Below are positions 50,411 to 63,914 of a stretch of DNA of 64,000 bases, one piece after another. The first letter of the stretch is position 1. Each line of letters opens with the position of its first letter. The notes under the pieces were generated by a model that saw only the letters and a list, made by a program, of their open reading frames with translations, was not told the DNA's origin and ran no database searches. This DNA comes from Octopus vulgaris (lineage: Eukaryota), in the NCBI GenBank assembly GCA_951406725.2, contig OX597814.1:202058001-202122000 (forward strand), in the 5' to 3' direction. A program made the position numbers and the translations under genes.

Positions 50411-50640
50411 TGTTCAGATTTGTATGTTTTATGTATGTATTCTCATGCATATAGTTGCATATCTAGACTTGCTCATATATATTTAAATGATAAACTTCTG
50501 GGAAGTTTTACACATTTTTACAGTTCCAGTAATGGATTGGATCTGTAGTCGATGAATTAACTTTCTTCTTTCTAGTTTTAAGAAAACTAATTTATCAAAG
50601 TTGGTATTTAGTGTGTTACATATCCCAGGGCCCCAATAAA
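50010..50640 (-). mobile_element. 3' end of (CATA)n-tailed RLE LINE with expanded TATG tract
   Basis: Minus IGALGYVTH...; TATG/TCTA tract 50128-50412 inside the 3' UTR. Confidence 0.75.
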
Positions 50641-50649
50641 TACATACAT

Positions 50650-51145
50650 ATCCATTGAAGCAACAAGTTGCGTATTTGGCATGGGAGACTATTTATCAAA
50701 AATACGATACTATCTCAAACTTTGGAGCCACAACTGTCAGCCTTGTTAAATAACTAGTTAATCTTAAGATGAATTAACTGAGGGAGTCTTTTATTCATGA
50801 TCGTAATGATTTTCATTTAAAACTTGAATTTAGCCTGCAGAGAGTTACTACAAACAACATGGCAGGACACAACATTCACAACAACACAGTCGAAGAACAG
50901 AACGAAAACAACAGCTCAAACAGGTGAACAAATTCTTTCCAGCTGTAATTACAGAAGAAACCGTAACTATAAAACTCATTTCTCTTGGAGTTATGAATTG
51001 AATAATGATCTATTTAACGGCTAGGAAAAAGTGAAACAAAACCCCACTGTTGACTATATAAATCGATTGAAATCATATAAGGTTGATCTGCATTCGAAAA
51101 TAAATCATTTTACTATAAAGCAACTATGCCAACAAGCAGCATTTT
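50650..51145 (+). mobile_element. R4-like LINE 5' fragment
   Basis: Starts after TACATACATA; translates RNRNYKTHFSWSYELNNDLFN..*..KQNPTVDYINRL...LH....FTIKQL.QQA (R4 N-terminal pattern). Confidence 0.55.
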
Positions 51146-51149
<4 letters not shown>

Positions 51150-51176
<27 letters not shown>

Positions 51177-52735
51177 GTATGTATGCATGTATGTATGTAC
51201 GTATGTATCCCTCTATCTGTCTATGTATATATGTGCAAATTTTTATGTATTGTTTTATGTATGTCTTCTTATGTATATACTTGCATATTTAGACATGTTC
51301 ATATATACTTAAAGGATAAACTTCTGGAAGGTTTTATAGATTTTACAATTCCAGTGATGGCTTGAAACTATAGTTTTCGAATTAGCTTTCTCCTTTCTGG
51401 TTTTGAGAAGCCTAATTTCTCAAGATTGGTATTTAGGCAGTGTGTTACATATCCCAGTGCCCCAATAATTGCAGGTATAAACCTGAACTTGTAATCTGGA
51501 TAGAGTAACTGCAGATTTCTCAATAGTTCAGTATAAGTATTCTCTTTTTCACTGATCCCCAGCTTTATGTTAACATCTGCTGATCAGCTGATTTGCCCAA
51601 CTGTGCACAGTTTCTCTTCTCTATCCCAAATCACTATGTCAGGTCTGTTATACTTACATTTTATTGAGGTTTTCACTGGAACATTCCACCAGTATTATGA
51701 GTAGCTACGGCTTCTACCATACTGTGGGTTCTTATTTCTTTATCCTTGGAGTTATCCTTTTGATGGATTTCATTATAGAGTGTCCTAACTACAACATCAT
51801 GTCTCATTGGTAGATAATACTGTGATGCTTATGATGTGGGTGATATCTTTGGCATAATCTCTACAAAGTCTGCATCGTTTGTCACATTTTACTGCTTTTC
51901 CTGCATCTCTATTACTTTTGTGCATCAGGTACTTGATTGATATTTCCTGTTCCAGCATTGCAAATATACTCTCCAAAGTAGGAGGTAGTAATCCAATTGT
52001 TGGCCCATGATAGACTGCTTTAATGTTCAACGTTACTCTCATCTCTGAGCTTTCTACTAACATATCCATGCATGCCCTTCTGCTCATATACGCTCATCCT
52101 TTCATCTGATGGTATGTTGTGGTATTCATCTTTTCATCTGATGGTATGATGGTAGGTTGTGGTAAGGCAGCAACCTGGCAGAAATGTTAGCATGCCGTGT
52201 GAAATGTGTAGCCATATTTCGTCTGCTGTTACGTTCTGAGTTCAAATTCCGCCGAGGTCGACTTTGCCTTTCATCCTTTCGGGGTCGATAAATTAAGCAC
52301 CAGTTACGCACTGGGGTCGATGTAATCGACTTAATCCATTTGTCTGTCCTTGTTTGTCCTCTCTGTGTTTAGCCCCTTGTGGATAGTAAAGAAATAAGTA
52401 TGTTGTGGTATTAAGGTTATCAGACAAGGAATGCTACTCAAGGAGCTGCCATCCAAGCTTCATGGTGTTATCAGCCTCATGAATGAAAACTTGGTCAAGG
52501 GATGCACTTCGGCTCTTTATAGTTAAAAGATGTTATTGAAGGGATATGATACAAGATTCAAAGGCATTTTGGATCAATGTTGCGCCTGTTGCCTTATTTG
52601 CATTTTACATAGAGGTAGTCTACATCACTGTTGATGTGGAAATTCTCTGCTTGTCAGGATCTTCCAGGTTTTCACACCAAGGACTTGCACTGCATCAAGC
52701 ATCCAATCAAGCAGACCAAATATTGATATGAGTAT
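51150..52735 (-). mobile_element. Decayed RLE LINE 3' third, interrupted by SINE B (52165-52398)
   Basis: Minus: FHINSDVDYLYV, EQEI, CRLC....DITHIIS, RHD, WNVPV...NRPDIVIWD, IPAIIGALG; tail (CATA)n. Confidence 0.8.
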
Positions 52736-52774
52736 TGTATGTATGTATGTATGCATGCATGCATATATACATAC

Positions 52775-53004
52775 TCTTTTACTTTCTTATACGCTTCAGT
52801 CATTTGACTGTAGCCATGCTGGAGCACCACCTTTAGTCAAAGAAATCGACCCCAGGATTTATTCTTTGTAAGCCTAGTACTTATTCTATTGGTCTCTTTT
52901 GCTGAACAACTAAGTTTCAGGAACATAAACACAACAACATCAGTTGTGAAGTGATGGTGGGGGGACAAACACAGACACAAAGACACACACACATAAATAT
53001 ATAA

Positions 53005-53036
<32 letters not shown>

Positions 53037-53195
53037 GACAGGCTTCTTTCAGTTTCCAGCTACCAAATCCACTCACAAGGCTTTGATCAACCTGAGGCTA
53101 TAGTAGAAGACATTTGCCCTAGGTGCCACACAGTGGGACTGAGATTGGAACCATGTGGTTGGGAAGCAAGCCTCTTACCACACAGCCACACCTGT
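52775..53195 (-). mobile_element. SINE family A, full length
   Basis: Complete reverse-complement copy. Confidence 0.85.
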
Positions 53196-53964
53196 ATCAG
53201 TATAATTATACTCATCATCATCACTTAACGTCTGCTTTCCATGCTGGCATGGGTCAGACAGTCTAACAGGAGCTGATAAATCTGGGAGCTGTATCAGTCT
53301 CCATTGTTTGTTTTGGCATGGATTCTGCAGCTAGAGGCTTTCTGATGCCAACCACTTTACAGAATGTATTGAATACTTTTTACATGGCGCCAGCCCTGGT
53401 GCCTTTTGTGTGTCACCATCATCAACATAAGGTTGCCAAATACCCAATAAGACAAAACCCCTCAAATTGGAGGAGGAGTAGTATTGCAGGAGGATGGCTT
53501 TGATCCGGTTGAGAGATTAAAGGTACAAAGGGACAGAGATAGGGGTATTGCTGTAGATACATGGATTACCCAGTTGGAAAAGGAAAGGAGAGTAAGTTGG
53601 AGAGTAAGGTGAGGAGAGCAGTAAAATAGTTGGCATTAGGAAGAGCATCCAGCCATAGAAACCAAACTAAAACAGACAATAGAACCTGGTGTAGCATTCT
53701 GGCTTGCCAGATCTTCTCAAACCATCCAACTCATGACAGCATGGAAAGCGGACGTTAAATGATGATGTTGACGATGATGATGTTGATATATATATATAAT
53801 GTGAGACACTGAAGACAGAAGATAAGAGAATGTTTATTGATCACATTCTCATATCTTCCATCTTCCGTCTCCCTCATTAATTACATACCTAACGAACACT
53901 AAGCCAGTGAATGTGCTTTACTGGTAAGGTACTAGGTGTATACCATACGATTTATTAACTAATA

Positions 53965-54027
<63 letters not shown>

Positions 54028-54381
54028 CATACTAATAACATATATATATATATACATACTAATAATACAGATATAGATATATAGATATATAGATACATAA
54101 GCGTGGCTGTGTGGTAAGAAGCCTGCTCATGAAATTAACGTGCAGGTGGTTGAGTACTCCATGGACGTGTACCTTTAACATAGTTCTGAGGCAGGTTCAG
54201 TGTGACACAGAGTGTGACAAGGCTGGCCCCTTGAAATACAGGTACTACTCATTTTTACCAGCTGAGTGCACAGGAGCAATTTGAAAATAAGGTGTCTTGC
54301 TCAAGGACACAACACATCGCTGGGAATTGGACTCATGACCATATCGTTGTGAGCTGAATATCTCAACCACTAAGCCACGTG

Positions 54382-54426
<45 letters not shown>

Positions 54427-54429
54427 TCC

Positions 54430-54622
54430 GCCATGATTGATCACTAAAAATCACAAGTTTTTTTATTCTCTCTCTGTTTATTTGCTCATATTCCTATTTG
54501 TTGAAGAGCATAGGCTCGAAACATAAAAGACTTTCTTACTTTCCCGAACATCAAACTAATTCACCTGCTTATTGCTCATACACCTGTCTTTATCTTTTGT
54601 TTTTCTGTAAATTTCAACTATA
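54430..54622 (+). mobile_element. Family H3 element with hammerhead-like motif at 54494-54530
   Basis: TTGTTGA-A-GAGC-atag-GCTC-GAAA-CAT-A-AAAG. Confidence 0.55.
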
Positions 54623-54632
54623 TATGCATTTG

Positions 54633-54717
54633 GAGTTCTATATTTAAGAGATGAGGAATTATGTACATTATTTGCATTATTTACATTTGACCTGAATAAT
54701 AATAATAATAATAATAA

Positions 54718-54748
<31 letters not shown>

Positions 54749-54796
54749 AAGAAGAAGAAGAAGAAGAAGAAGAATAATAATAATAATAATAATAAT

Positions 54797-54834
<38 letters not shown>

Positions 54835-55017
54835 TAATGATAATAATAATAATAATAATAATAACATCAAAAAATATCTTAGGAATGAGAACCCAAGTTC
54901 GAAATTTCCCTAAGACACTTGATGAAGGCTGGAGGGTATATCAGCCAAAACGTTGTGTTAACAACAGACAAAATGAGGACAAATATCCGTCAAATGTAAA
55001 TAATGTAAATAATGTAT
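54633..55017 (+). mobile_element. H1 element with inverted 3' end at its 5' side; hammerhead-like motif 54914-54959
   Basis: Minus 3' end 54633-54690 fused at TGAC to head remnant TGACCTGAATAAT, (TAA)/(GAA)n, then GACAC-TTGATGA-A-GGCTG..CAGCC-AAAA-CGT-T-GTGTT. Confidence 0.7.
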
Positions 55018-56174
55018 ATATACATATGTACATACATGCATATATATACGTACATACACACCTATATATATATGTACATACACGCACATACAATAGCTTT
55101 ACCAATCCCCCAGCTTCCGCCTCCCAAATCCACTCACAAGGCTTTGGTCAGCCTTACCCAAGGTGCCACACATTGGAACTGAACCCAAAACCACATGCCA
55201 GGGAAGCAACCATTTTAACTGCACTGCCACATCTGTTCCTACCTTTCATAATATTTATTTGTTCTTTCTCGAGCCGTGCCTTGCTCATAGGGCCGGTTTC
55301 CCAGTTTCTCTACTAACGCCAACCACTCTGAGAGTGTAGTGGGTGCTTTTTACATGCCACCAACATGGGAGCCAGTCAGGCAGCATTGGCATCGATCCAT
55401 GCATGAATGATGTTTTTTGCGTACCACCAGCACGGGTGCCAGTCAGGTGGCACTAGCATCGGCCACAATTACAATTTCTGTGTAAAAGTTTGCATATGTA
55501 TATTGTTGTATGTATGTGTGTGTATATTTGTATACAGAGCAAACTATATGTCTCTCTTCCAGAAAGTTGTGGTGAAAGAGTCGGCAGAAGTTCACCATTA
55601 CCTTCTGCCGGATCTGCGTGGAGCTTAGGTGTTTCGCTCATAAATACACACATCGCCCAGTCTGAGATTCAAACCCGCGATCCCTCAACTGCAAGTTCGC
55701 TGCTCTAACCACTAGGCCATATGCCTCCACTTCATAATATTTAGCTTCTCTTATTTTTAATGCCTAATATTTGTGAAAACACTTTATTTGCAGGTTATAT
55801 AAAATCTGTATTTGTCGCAAGTCTACTTTCAACTTTGATAATAGAGCAGAAAATAATTCTCAACAACAATAAACTATCGGAAAGCAGGATATCAACTAGA
55901 GATATTCTATATGTCGTATCAGCAATAAAACCACCGACAGAAGCTGGAAATATTTTCTTTCCAATTTAGAAAAGTTCAGCAGAATAAATATGATATGATG
56001 CTGGCAGGACTTGAGATCCATTTAAACCTGTAAAGTGTCTGTCCTATAATAAAATGGAAATTAATCTGGGCCATTATGGTTTTATTTCCTGCTCACGTTA
56101 AATGTTATTACACTTTGAAGAATATCATAAACTTTGATTGAAAACTAAATTATTTTTACCCATTCAAGATGTAG

Positions 56175-56175
56175 A

Positions 56176-56206
<31 letters not shown>

Positions 56207-56850
56207 ATAGAAATTTGTAAGTCTTTGTGCATGTATGTGTTTGTGTACATATGTGTTTGTGTATGTGTGTGTGTGTAAGTGTTTGTGTGTGCATGTGGGT
56301 GTTTGTGTGTGCATGTGTGTGTACATGTGTGCATGTGTGCATGTATGTGTTTGTGAGTGCATGGAAATTTGTGTTTGTGTTTGTGTGGTGTGTGTGTGTG
56401 AGTGCGTGTTTGTGTGTGTAAGTGTTGCTGTGCACATGTAGGTGTTTGTATGTGTGTGTTTGAGTGTGTGTGTGTGTGTTTGAATAAAAATTTGTAAGTC
56501 TTTGTGTATGTATGTGTTTGTGTACATATGTGTTTGTGTATGTGTTCATGTGTGTGTGTGTGTGTGTGTGTATTTAAGTGTTTGTGTGCACATGTGGGTG
56601 TTTGTTTGCTTGTCTGTGTGTGTAAGTGTTTGTGTGCGTATGTGGGTGTTTGCGTGTGTATGTGTGTACACACGTGCATGTGTGCATGTATGTGTTTGAG
56701 TGTGTATGTGTTAGTGTTTGTGTGTGTTTGTGTGTGTGTGTGCACATGCATGCATGCATTCGTGTGTGTGCATGGAAATTTGTAAGTGTTTGTGTATGTG
56801 TTTGTGTACGCATTCATGTGTGTGTTTGTGTGTCGGTATATGCATGTGCA
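56175..56850. repeat. GT-derived degenerate repeat with ~280-bp higher-order period
   Basis: AAATTTGTAAGT recurs at ~56211, ~56488, ~56776. Confidence 0.85.
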
Positions 56851-57080
56851 CGGCGAGCTGGCAGAAACGTTAGCACGCCGGGCGAAATGCTTAGCGGTAT
56901 TTCGTCTGCCGTTACGTTGTGAGTTCAAATTCCACCGAGGTCCTTTTTACCTTTCATCCTTTCGGGGTCAATAAATTAAGTACCAGTTACACACTGGGGT
57001 CGATGTAATCGACTTAATACCTATGTCTGTCCTTGTTTGTCCACTCTGTGTTTAGTCCCTTGTGCGTAGTAAAGAAATAT
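56851..57080 (+). mobile_element. SINE family B
   Basis: Well-conserved copy with tail type 1. Confidence 0.85.
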
Positions 57081-57714
57081 GTATATGTTTGTGCAGATGG
57101 GTGTGCATGTGTGTTGCTGTGCATGCATGCGTGTATGTATGTATGTAAGTGAATGTAAGTATGCACATATCTGTGTTCATGTCTCAGTGTCTATATGTGT
57201 CTAAGTGTATGTTGGCTTATGCATGTGAATGTACATGTGTGTATCAGTATCTTTGTGTATATGTTTATATACATGTCTGTATATGCATGTGAATATGCAT
57301 GCATGAGTATGCATGGTGACATCATCATTATCATTGTTTAACGTCCGTTTTCCATGCTGGCATAGATTGGATGGTTTGACAGGGGACTGGCAAGCCAGGA
57401 GGCTGCACCAGGCTCCAGTCTGATCTGGCAAGTTGATTTTTATACGCATAACCCTTAGACGCACGTGCATTTCGGTTTTAACGACAACTGTTTGAAGCTG
57501 CCACTCACGGTATTTAATGCAGCTGCATTTTGGCATCTCATTTCAGCAAAAAGGTGAAAGGTTACCTGCAATTTGGGTTTCAGGGATAAACCAGCATCTC
57601 TTGCAATATTTTATACTTTCATCCCCAAAAAAAGTTTTCAGAATCTACCATATAAAAAAAAATGACATTTGAAAAAAATTGCTTTTCTTTTGCGGTTCAT
57701 TGTATATAAGCATA

Positions 57715-58682
57715 TATCATCATCATCATCATCATCATCATCACCATCATTTAACGTCTACTTTCCATGCTGGCATGGGTTGGACGGTTTGACTGGGGAC
57801 TGGCAAGCCAGAAGGCTGCACCAGGCCCCAATCTGGCCTGGATGCCCTTCTTAATGCCAACCACTCTGAGAGTGAAGTAGGTGCTTTTTACGTGCCACTG
57901 TCATGGGAGCCAGTCAGGCAGCACTGGTATTGGCCATATTCAGATGATGCTTTTTGTGTGCCACTCGCACGGGAGCCAGTGGGGGCGGGGGGAAGGCTGG
58001 CATTGATCATGTGTGGATGGTGCTTTTTACATGCCACTCGCTTGGGGAGCCAGTCAGGTGACACTGGCATCGGCCACAATTACAATTTCCGTATATAAGT
58101 TTGCATGTGTATATGTGTGAGTGTGTTGATGTGTTGCCAGTGCCTGTGTATATATGTATCATCATCATCATCATCCTCATTTTTGTTTAATGTCTGCTTT
58201 CCATGCTGGCATGGGTTGGATGATTTGACTGAAGACTGGCAAGCTAGAAGGCTGCACCGGGCTCCAATCTGATCTGGCAAAGTTTCTACAGCTGGATGCC
58301 CTTCCTAACGCCAACCACTCCGAGAGTGTAGTGGGTGCTTTTTACGTGCCACCAGCACAGGGGCCAGCCAGGTGGCACTGGCAACGACCATGCTCGAATG
58401 GTGCTTTTTAAATGTCACCGGCATGGGAGCCATTCAGGCGGCACTGGCATCGACCCATACATGAATGGTGCTTTTTGCATGCCACCAGCACGGGGGCCAG
58501 TCAGGTGGCACTGGCATCAACCACAACTACAATTTCTGTGTAAAAGTTTGTGTGTGTATATGTGTGTGTGTGTGTATGTGTGCGTGTGTGTTGTTGTGTT
58601 TGTGTGTCAGTGCCTATGTATACATGTATGTGTGTGTGTGTGTATATTTGTGTGCTGAGCAAACAATATGTCGCTCTTCCAA
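57715..58682 (-). mobile_element. Two tandem RTE 3'-UTR copies with shared flank
   Basis: 57715-58157 and 58157-58682 both end CACAA(T/C)TACAATTTC + TG-rich flank. Confidence 0.75.
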
Positions 58683-58847
58683 CTTTAAAAGTAAATAGGG
58701 TCTCAGAAAACTGTGATTCCTTTATTCTTTACCATTTCTTTTTTATGGAACTCAGTCACTGGAAAGTGATCATACTGGAGCACTACGTTTTTTGAAGAGA
58801 AAAACGTAATCTCCTGATAACGATTACTGCTAGGGATCATCACCATC

Positions 58848-58879
<32 letters not shown>

Positions 58880-58887
58880 CATCATCG

Positions 58888-58927
<40 letters not shown>

Positions 58928-61292
58928 CATCATCATGTTTTTATGTCAGCTTTTCCATGTCTGCATGGGTCAGATGGAATTCATTGTGGCAGACTTTCTA
59001 CAGCTGGATGCTTTCCCTTTCATCAATTCTCACCTGTTTCCAAATCCAGGTGCATGGCTTAGAGGTTAGGGTGTTGAACTCATGATCATAAGGTTGTGGT
59101 TTCGATTCCTGGACCGGTCGATGCGTTGTGTTCTTGAGCAAAACACTTCATTTCATATTGCTCCAGTTCCACTCAGCTGGCAAAAATGATTAACAGTGTA
59201 ATGGACCGGCATCCCGTCCAGGTGGGGAATTTCTATGCCATTGAAACTGGGAATCCGGCCCTTATGAGCCTGGCATGGCTCGAGAAGGAACATTTTTTTT
59301 TTTAAATCCATTTGAGTAGGAAGTAAGCTTTCTGAATCACACAGCTTTACCATTGCAGATATCCCTAACATTTTTGTCTTTAATTGATTTATTCATCTTC
59401 TTTCTGACCCCTTAATGCTGGCCTTTATACTGGTTCATCTGGCAGCACACCCTCTCATTGCTCATTCACACTCACAAAATTCTTCCATTTCAGATGAAGC
59501 AAGATGCCAAGCATTCCTGTTTAGACATTTCCTTTCTCTTCCTGAGTAATGCTTATGGAGCCATCATCTTTGAGAATTGGAAGAAAGAAATTGGTAGAAA
59601 TCCTTGGCAAGGAACCAAAAGATTAGTTACTGTTTGGCAGATGAGATACCTCGTGGATTAAGATTATGTGATGCATAGATGCAGCTTTTACAAGATTTAC
59701 AGTGTTGGGTAAAAGAATCCAGTTTGTAGAGGCGGTTGGTTTTCTCAAAGAGCTGCAAACTTTATTCTTTGCCCAGACTGTTGCAGCCCAGCCATAAAGG
59801 AATCACTTGGAAGACATCATCTTCATCAACATCATCGTTTAACCTCCACTTTCCATGCTAGCATGGGTTGGACGATTTTGACTGAGGGCTGGCGAACCAG
59901 ATGGCTGCAACAGGCTCCAATCTTTATCTGGCAGAGTTTCTACAGATGGATGCCCTTCCTAACGCCAACCACTCCGAGAGTGTAGTGGGTGCTTTTTACA
60001 TGCCACCGGCACAGGGGCTAGTCAGGCGATACTGGTAATGACCTCGCTTGAATCTTTTTACACATGCCACTGGCACCAGTGCCAGTAAGATGATGCTGGT
60101 AACGATCCTGCTCGAATGGTACCCTTTTACGTGCCACCGGCATGGAAGCCAGTTAGCCGCTCTGGCAACGATCATGCTTGAATGGTGTTCATGGCATCCT
60201 ACTAGCACGGGAAGACATAGAATCATAAAGTTTAGCTGTGTATGTGATATAGAGATACATGCCTAAGAAGATGATTTTCAGTCACTTAGTAAGTCATTGG
60301 TAGAGTATATACTACTAAAAGACCATTAGTGTAGTACTTTGGTATTTTGACCATATTCCACGTCTTACAACAAACAATAAGACCAAATCACTTTAAAAGT
60401 TATATTAATGTGAAACCATTTCTTAAGAGAATTTTCTGCTTTCCTAAACTTACCATTAATTCTGATCTCTTAAGAGAATGTCAATTTGACAGAAATGGCA
60501 GTCGATCGGATTTAGTGTCTATAGTCTTTAATTAGATCACTTTTTAAAGGCCTTCCACTTTCCACTTTCCATTAAGGGCTTTCAACATTTTACAAAGAAC
60601 TTTTCTGTCTTGTCTTAATGCATTTATTGTGACATAAAGGCTCTTACCAAAGTAATTTTAATGAAGTAATAACTTATTTAAATATGACCAGATAAAAGTT
60701 ATTGTTGTTGTTGTTGTTCTTGTTGCTGTTTAGCCCCGGGTCAGTCTTGATCAAGCAGATCTATGTTATCAGACACACAAACATCTCAACTTGTTTATCA
60801 AGTTCTATACAGTTCTACACCCTTTTCTACTCTAGGCACAAGGCCCAAAATTTTGGGGTAGGGGGCCAGTCGATTAGCGCAACCCCAGTATGCAACTGGT
60901 ATTTAATTTATCGACCCTGAAAGGATGAAAGGTAACATCGACCTAAGTTCTATATAATCAACATTATCATGCTCATTATTATCATCATCATCAACATCAT
61001 CATCATCATCAATATCATCATCATCATCATTGTCATTTTCATCACCAGCAGCAACAGCAGTGGTGACATCATCGCTATCATCGTCATCATCATTATTGCT
61101 TTAATGTAAAAGTATACATTTCAGACAGAATTTGTTGTAGTGCATTGTCTAAGGCCAGATGCGCATCCAGTAACCAGCCACTCTTACCTGTTTCCAGTCA
61201 AGGTAAATGTTCCCCCCTGACTGAAAGCAATGGACACTGCTTCTATATATTGTGTGATGTCAAGATAACAAACAAACACACACACACACACA

Positions 61293-61831
61293 CAGTGGCA
61301 GACTGGCCAGGTTGCCAGCTTGCCCGATGGCAAGTGGGCCCCTGCACCATTAGAATCCATATATATATTTCTTTACTACCCACAAGGGGATAAACACAGA
61401 GGGGATAAACAAAGACAGACAAACGGATTAAGTCGATTATATTGACCCCAGTGCGTAACTGGTACTTAATTTATCGACCCCGAAAGGATGAAATGCAAAG
61501 TCGACCTCAGCGGAATTTGAACCCAGAACGTAACGGCAGACGAAATACGACTACGCATTTCGCCCGATGTGCTAACGTTTCTGCCAGCTCGCCATATATA
61601 GGGGCCCATGTTAGTATCTAAGGGGCCCATCCCCTCGAGTTTGAGAACTTTTTATTCAGTCTTGGAAGAATGCATTAATTATTTCAGCCTGGCTATGTTT
61701 AATAGACAGTTGAAAATACTTTTAACAAAAAAAAAAAAAAATTAAATGATAGCATTGTAGTTGCGGGTGGGGCCCCTGTAGTAGTGGATGGGCCCCTGGC
61801 AACCAGTATTTTTAGACCTAATCTGCCACTG
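61293..61831. mobile_element. hAT-like MITE interrupted by SINE B (61365-61595, minus)
   Basis: TIRs CAGTGGCAGACTGG / CTAATCTGCCACTG; several subterminal GGGCCC motifs; TSD degenerate. Confidence 0.6.
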
Positions 61832-61871
61832 TACTCATACACACACATTAAACTTTTATAAAAATAAGAGA

Positions 61872-62285
61872 TAGTGACTACAGAGTTTCAACCTTCATCA
61901 GACTGTACTACATTTGGGTTCCTTCTAGGTTTATATAGTTTTTGGTAAGTTGGTTTTCTTGGGTAGGTGGAGCTATGTGAATTGATAATTAGATTTGGTG
62001 TGTATAGGTGTGGGAAATAGATGTATTGGGGTTAGAAGAGGACAAGAGGAAAGTATGTTTGTAGGGGATGATAGTGTTTTTGGTGAAAAACTTCGTTTGG
62101 CTTGAATTTTGTGTTATTGTTTAGGGTTCAATTAGTTGTGGAAATGATTTTGTATTCCTATTTGCCCGATTTAAACGCGTTGGAATCAGGTCATGAGATT
62201 CTTTATACAGAATGTTGGATTTTGTTTGTGTTTTAGAGAAAGAATGTTTGTGAACCTTAAAACACAAGGGACAAGTTTTAACATA
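61872..62285 (-). mobile_element. Penelope-like element 3' fragment (endonuclease C-terminus + UTR + hammerhead remnant)
   Basis: Minus KTCPLCFK...NILYKESHDLIPTRL resembles the C.LC..EK...LLN...E....C.H terminus of Penelope GIY-YIG ORFs; CAGT-CTGATGA-aggtt-GAAAC-tctgta-GTC-ACT at 61872-61906. Confidence 0.5.
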
Positions 62286-62323
62286 GGTTTGTATTAGTTT
62301 AATGCTTAAAAGAATGGAAAGAG

Positions 62324-62359
62324 CCTTCACATTTCAGGCGTTAGTCCTTCATCAGAAGG
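62324..62359 (-). ncRNA. Minimal hammerhead-like motif with canonical core (H3-related)
   Basis: CCTT-CTGATGA-AGG-actaacg-CCT-GAAA-TGT-G-AAGG; stem I CCTT/AAGG; cleavage position reads G in this copy. Confidence 0.55.
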
Positions 62360-63442
62360 AAGATAGACAATAAAAATAAAAGAGAGTGAATGTGATACAG
62401 AAGCAGGAATATATACATATATATATATTACACACATACACACTCACAGACTTGGCTTCTTTCAGTTGCTATTCATTAACCATTATCATATTTTAGATTT
62501 AACTAATGTTTTTATATTTCAAATTTTACTAGGATAATTGTTTGCAGACCAAGGACTGAAACGATCGTCTCTAAAATTACAACAATTTCTTTTTTTTAAA
62601 TTTATCATTTCAAAATTAGGATCAGCTAAAATTCACTGATATATTTAAATTAGAAATCAAAGAATATTTGTCAGGTAATATTTCATTTATTTATTTACAC
62701 ACACACAAATATATATATATACATACATATACACACATACTATGTACCCACACATTCACACACATATATATATAAGTTTGTCATCATCGACCACTTTCCA
62801 TTTTCTCTGTATACCATCTTTTATTATCCAATAATTGCAGGAACTAACTAAATTATAAAAGAAAACACTTACAGAAATCAAACATTTTACAGATGAACAG
62901 TTCAAATTTACTTATATTTTTTTTTTTAAATCATTTACTTTCATTTGCTTTTTGAACCAAAACAAAAATTAAGAAAAATATAAAATAATAAAATAAAGCT
63001 TCCTTTTAACATTAAAACACAATTGCACTTTATTATTTTGCAAATATTATTTAAGCAACCATTATTTTCCCCCCCAAATATTAAAAGTAATCAAAAAAAT
63101 AAAATTAAGATGGTCGACGCTTATAAACAGAAGAGAAAGCAAACAACTTTAAAAACAAAAACAAAATTATTAAAAATATCAAACGAACAAAATTTTCCAA
63201 AATTAAGATACAAACGTTTCTTTCTAATAATATTTTTATTCTCTTTATATTGACCGAAACTATGAAAGCAATTGATTTCTTTGTAACTGTTTTTTTCCTA
63301 TATGCGACCTTATGAAAAGTGCATTAAATTTGGACGTATTGATAAATATAGCAACAACCAGAAACAAAAAGTATTTACTGTTTCATCTATAATATCATCG
63401 TTAAAATAATTTCCCCTTAATACACACATACACACACATACA

Positions 63443-63490
<48 letters not shown>

Positions 63491-63517
63491 TGTATATATA
63501 TAAATATATATATGTAT

Positions 63518-63567
<50 letters not shown>

Positions 63568-63870
63568 AGGTGCAATGGCCCAGTGGTTAGGGCACCAGAC
63601 TCGCGGTTGTAGGATCACGGTTTTGATTCCCAGACCGGGCGTTGTGAGTGTTTATTGAGCGAAAAAACCTAAAGCTCCACGATGCTCCGGCAGGGGGTGG
63701 TGGCGATCCCTGCTGTACTCTTTCGCCACAACTTTCTCTCTTTCTTCTGTTGGCCTGCTCGCTTAGCCAGTGGGGTGGCGTCATTTGAAAGCTAAAACAA
63801 TGCGAAGCGCATTGTGACCAGCGATGTGTAGCAACATCTGATAGCCTGGTCGGTCATGGTGATTACGGTG
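63568..63870 (+). mobile_element. tRNA-derived SINE family D
   Basis: GGTGCAATGGCCCAGTGGTTAGGGC...GGTTTTGATTCCC head + AAACCTAAAGCTCCACG body. Confidence 0.75.
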
Positions 63871-63881
63871 ATATATGTATG

Positions 63882-63914
<33 letters not shown>

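Noticed and set aside
55760-55969. Possible coding exon after TTTGCAG acceptor
   Set aside because: No recognisable protein, no good donor, stops in the alternative frames; same for candidates at ~40973, ~41400, ~44000 and ~59494.
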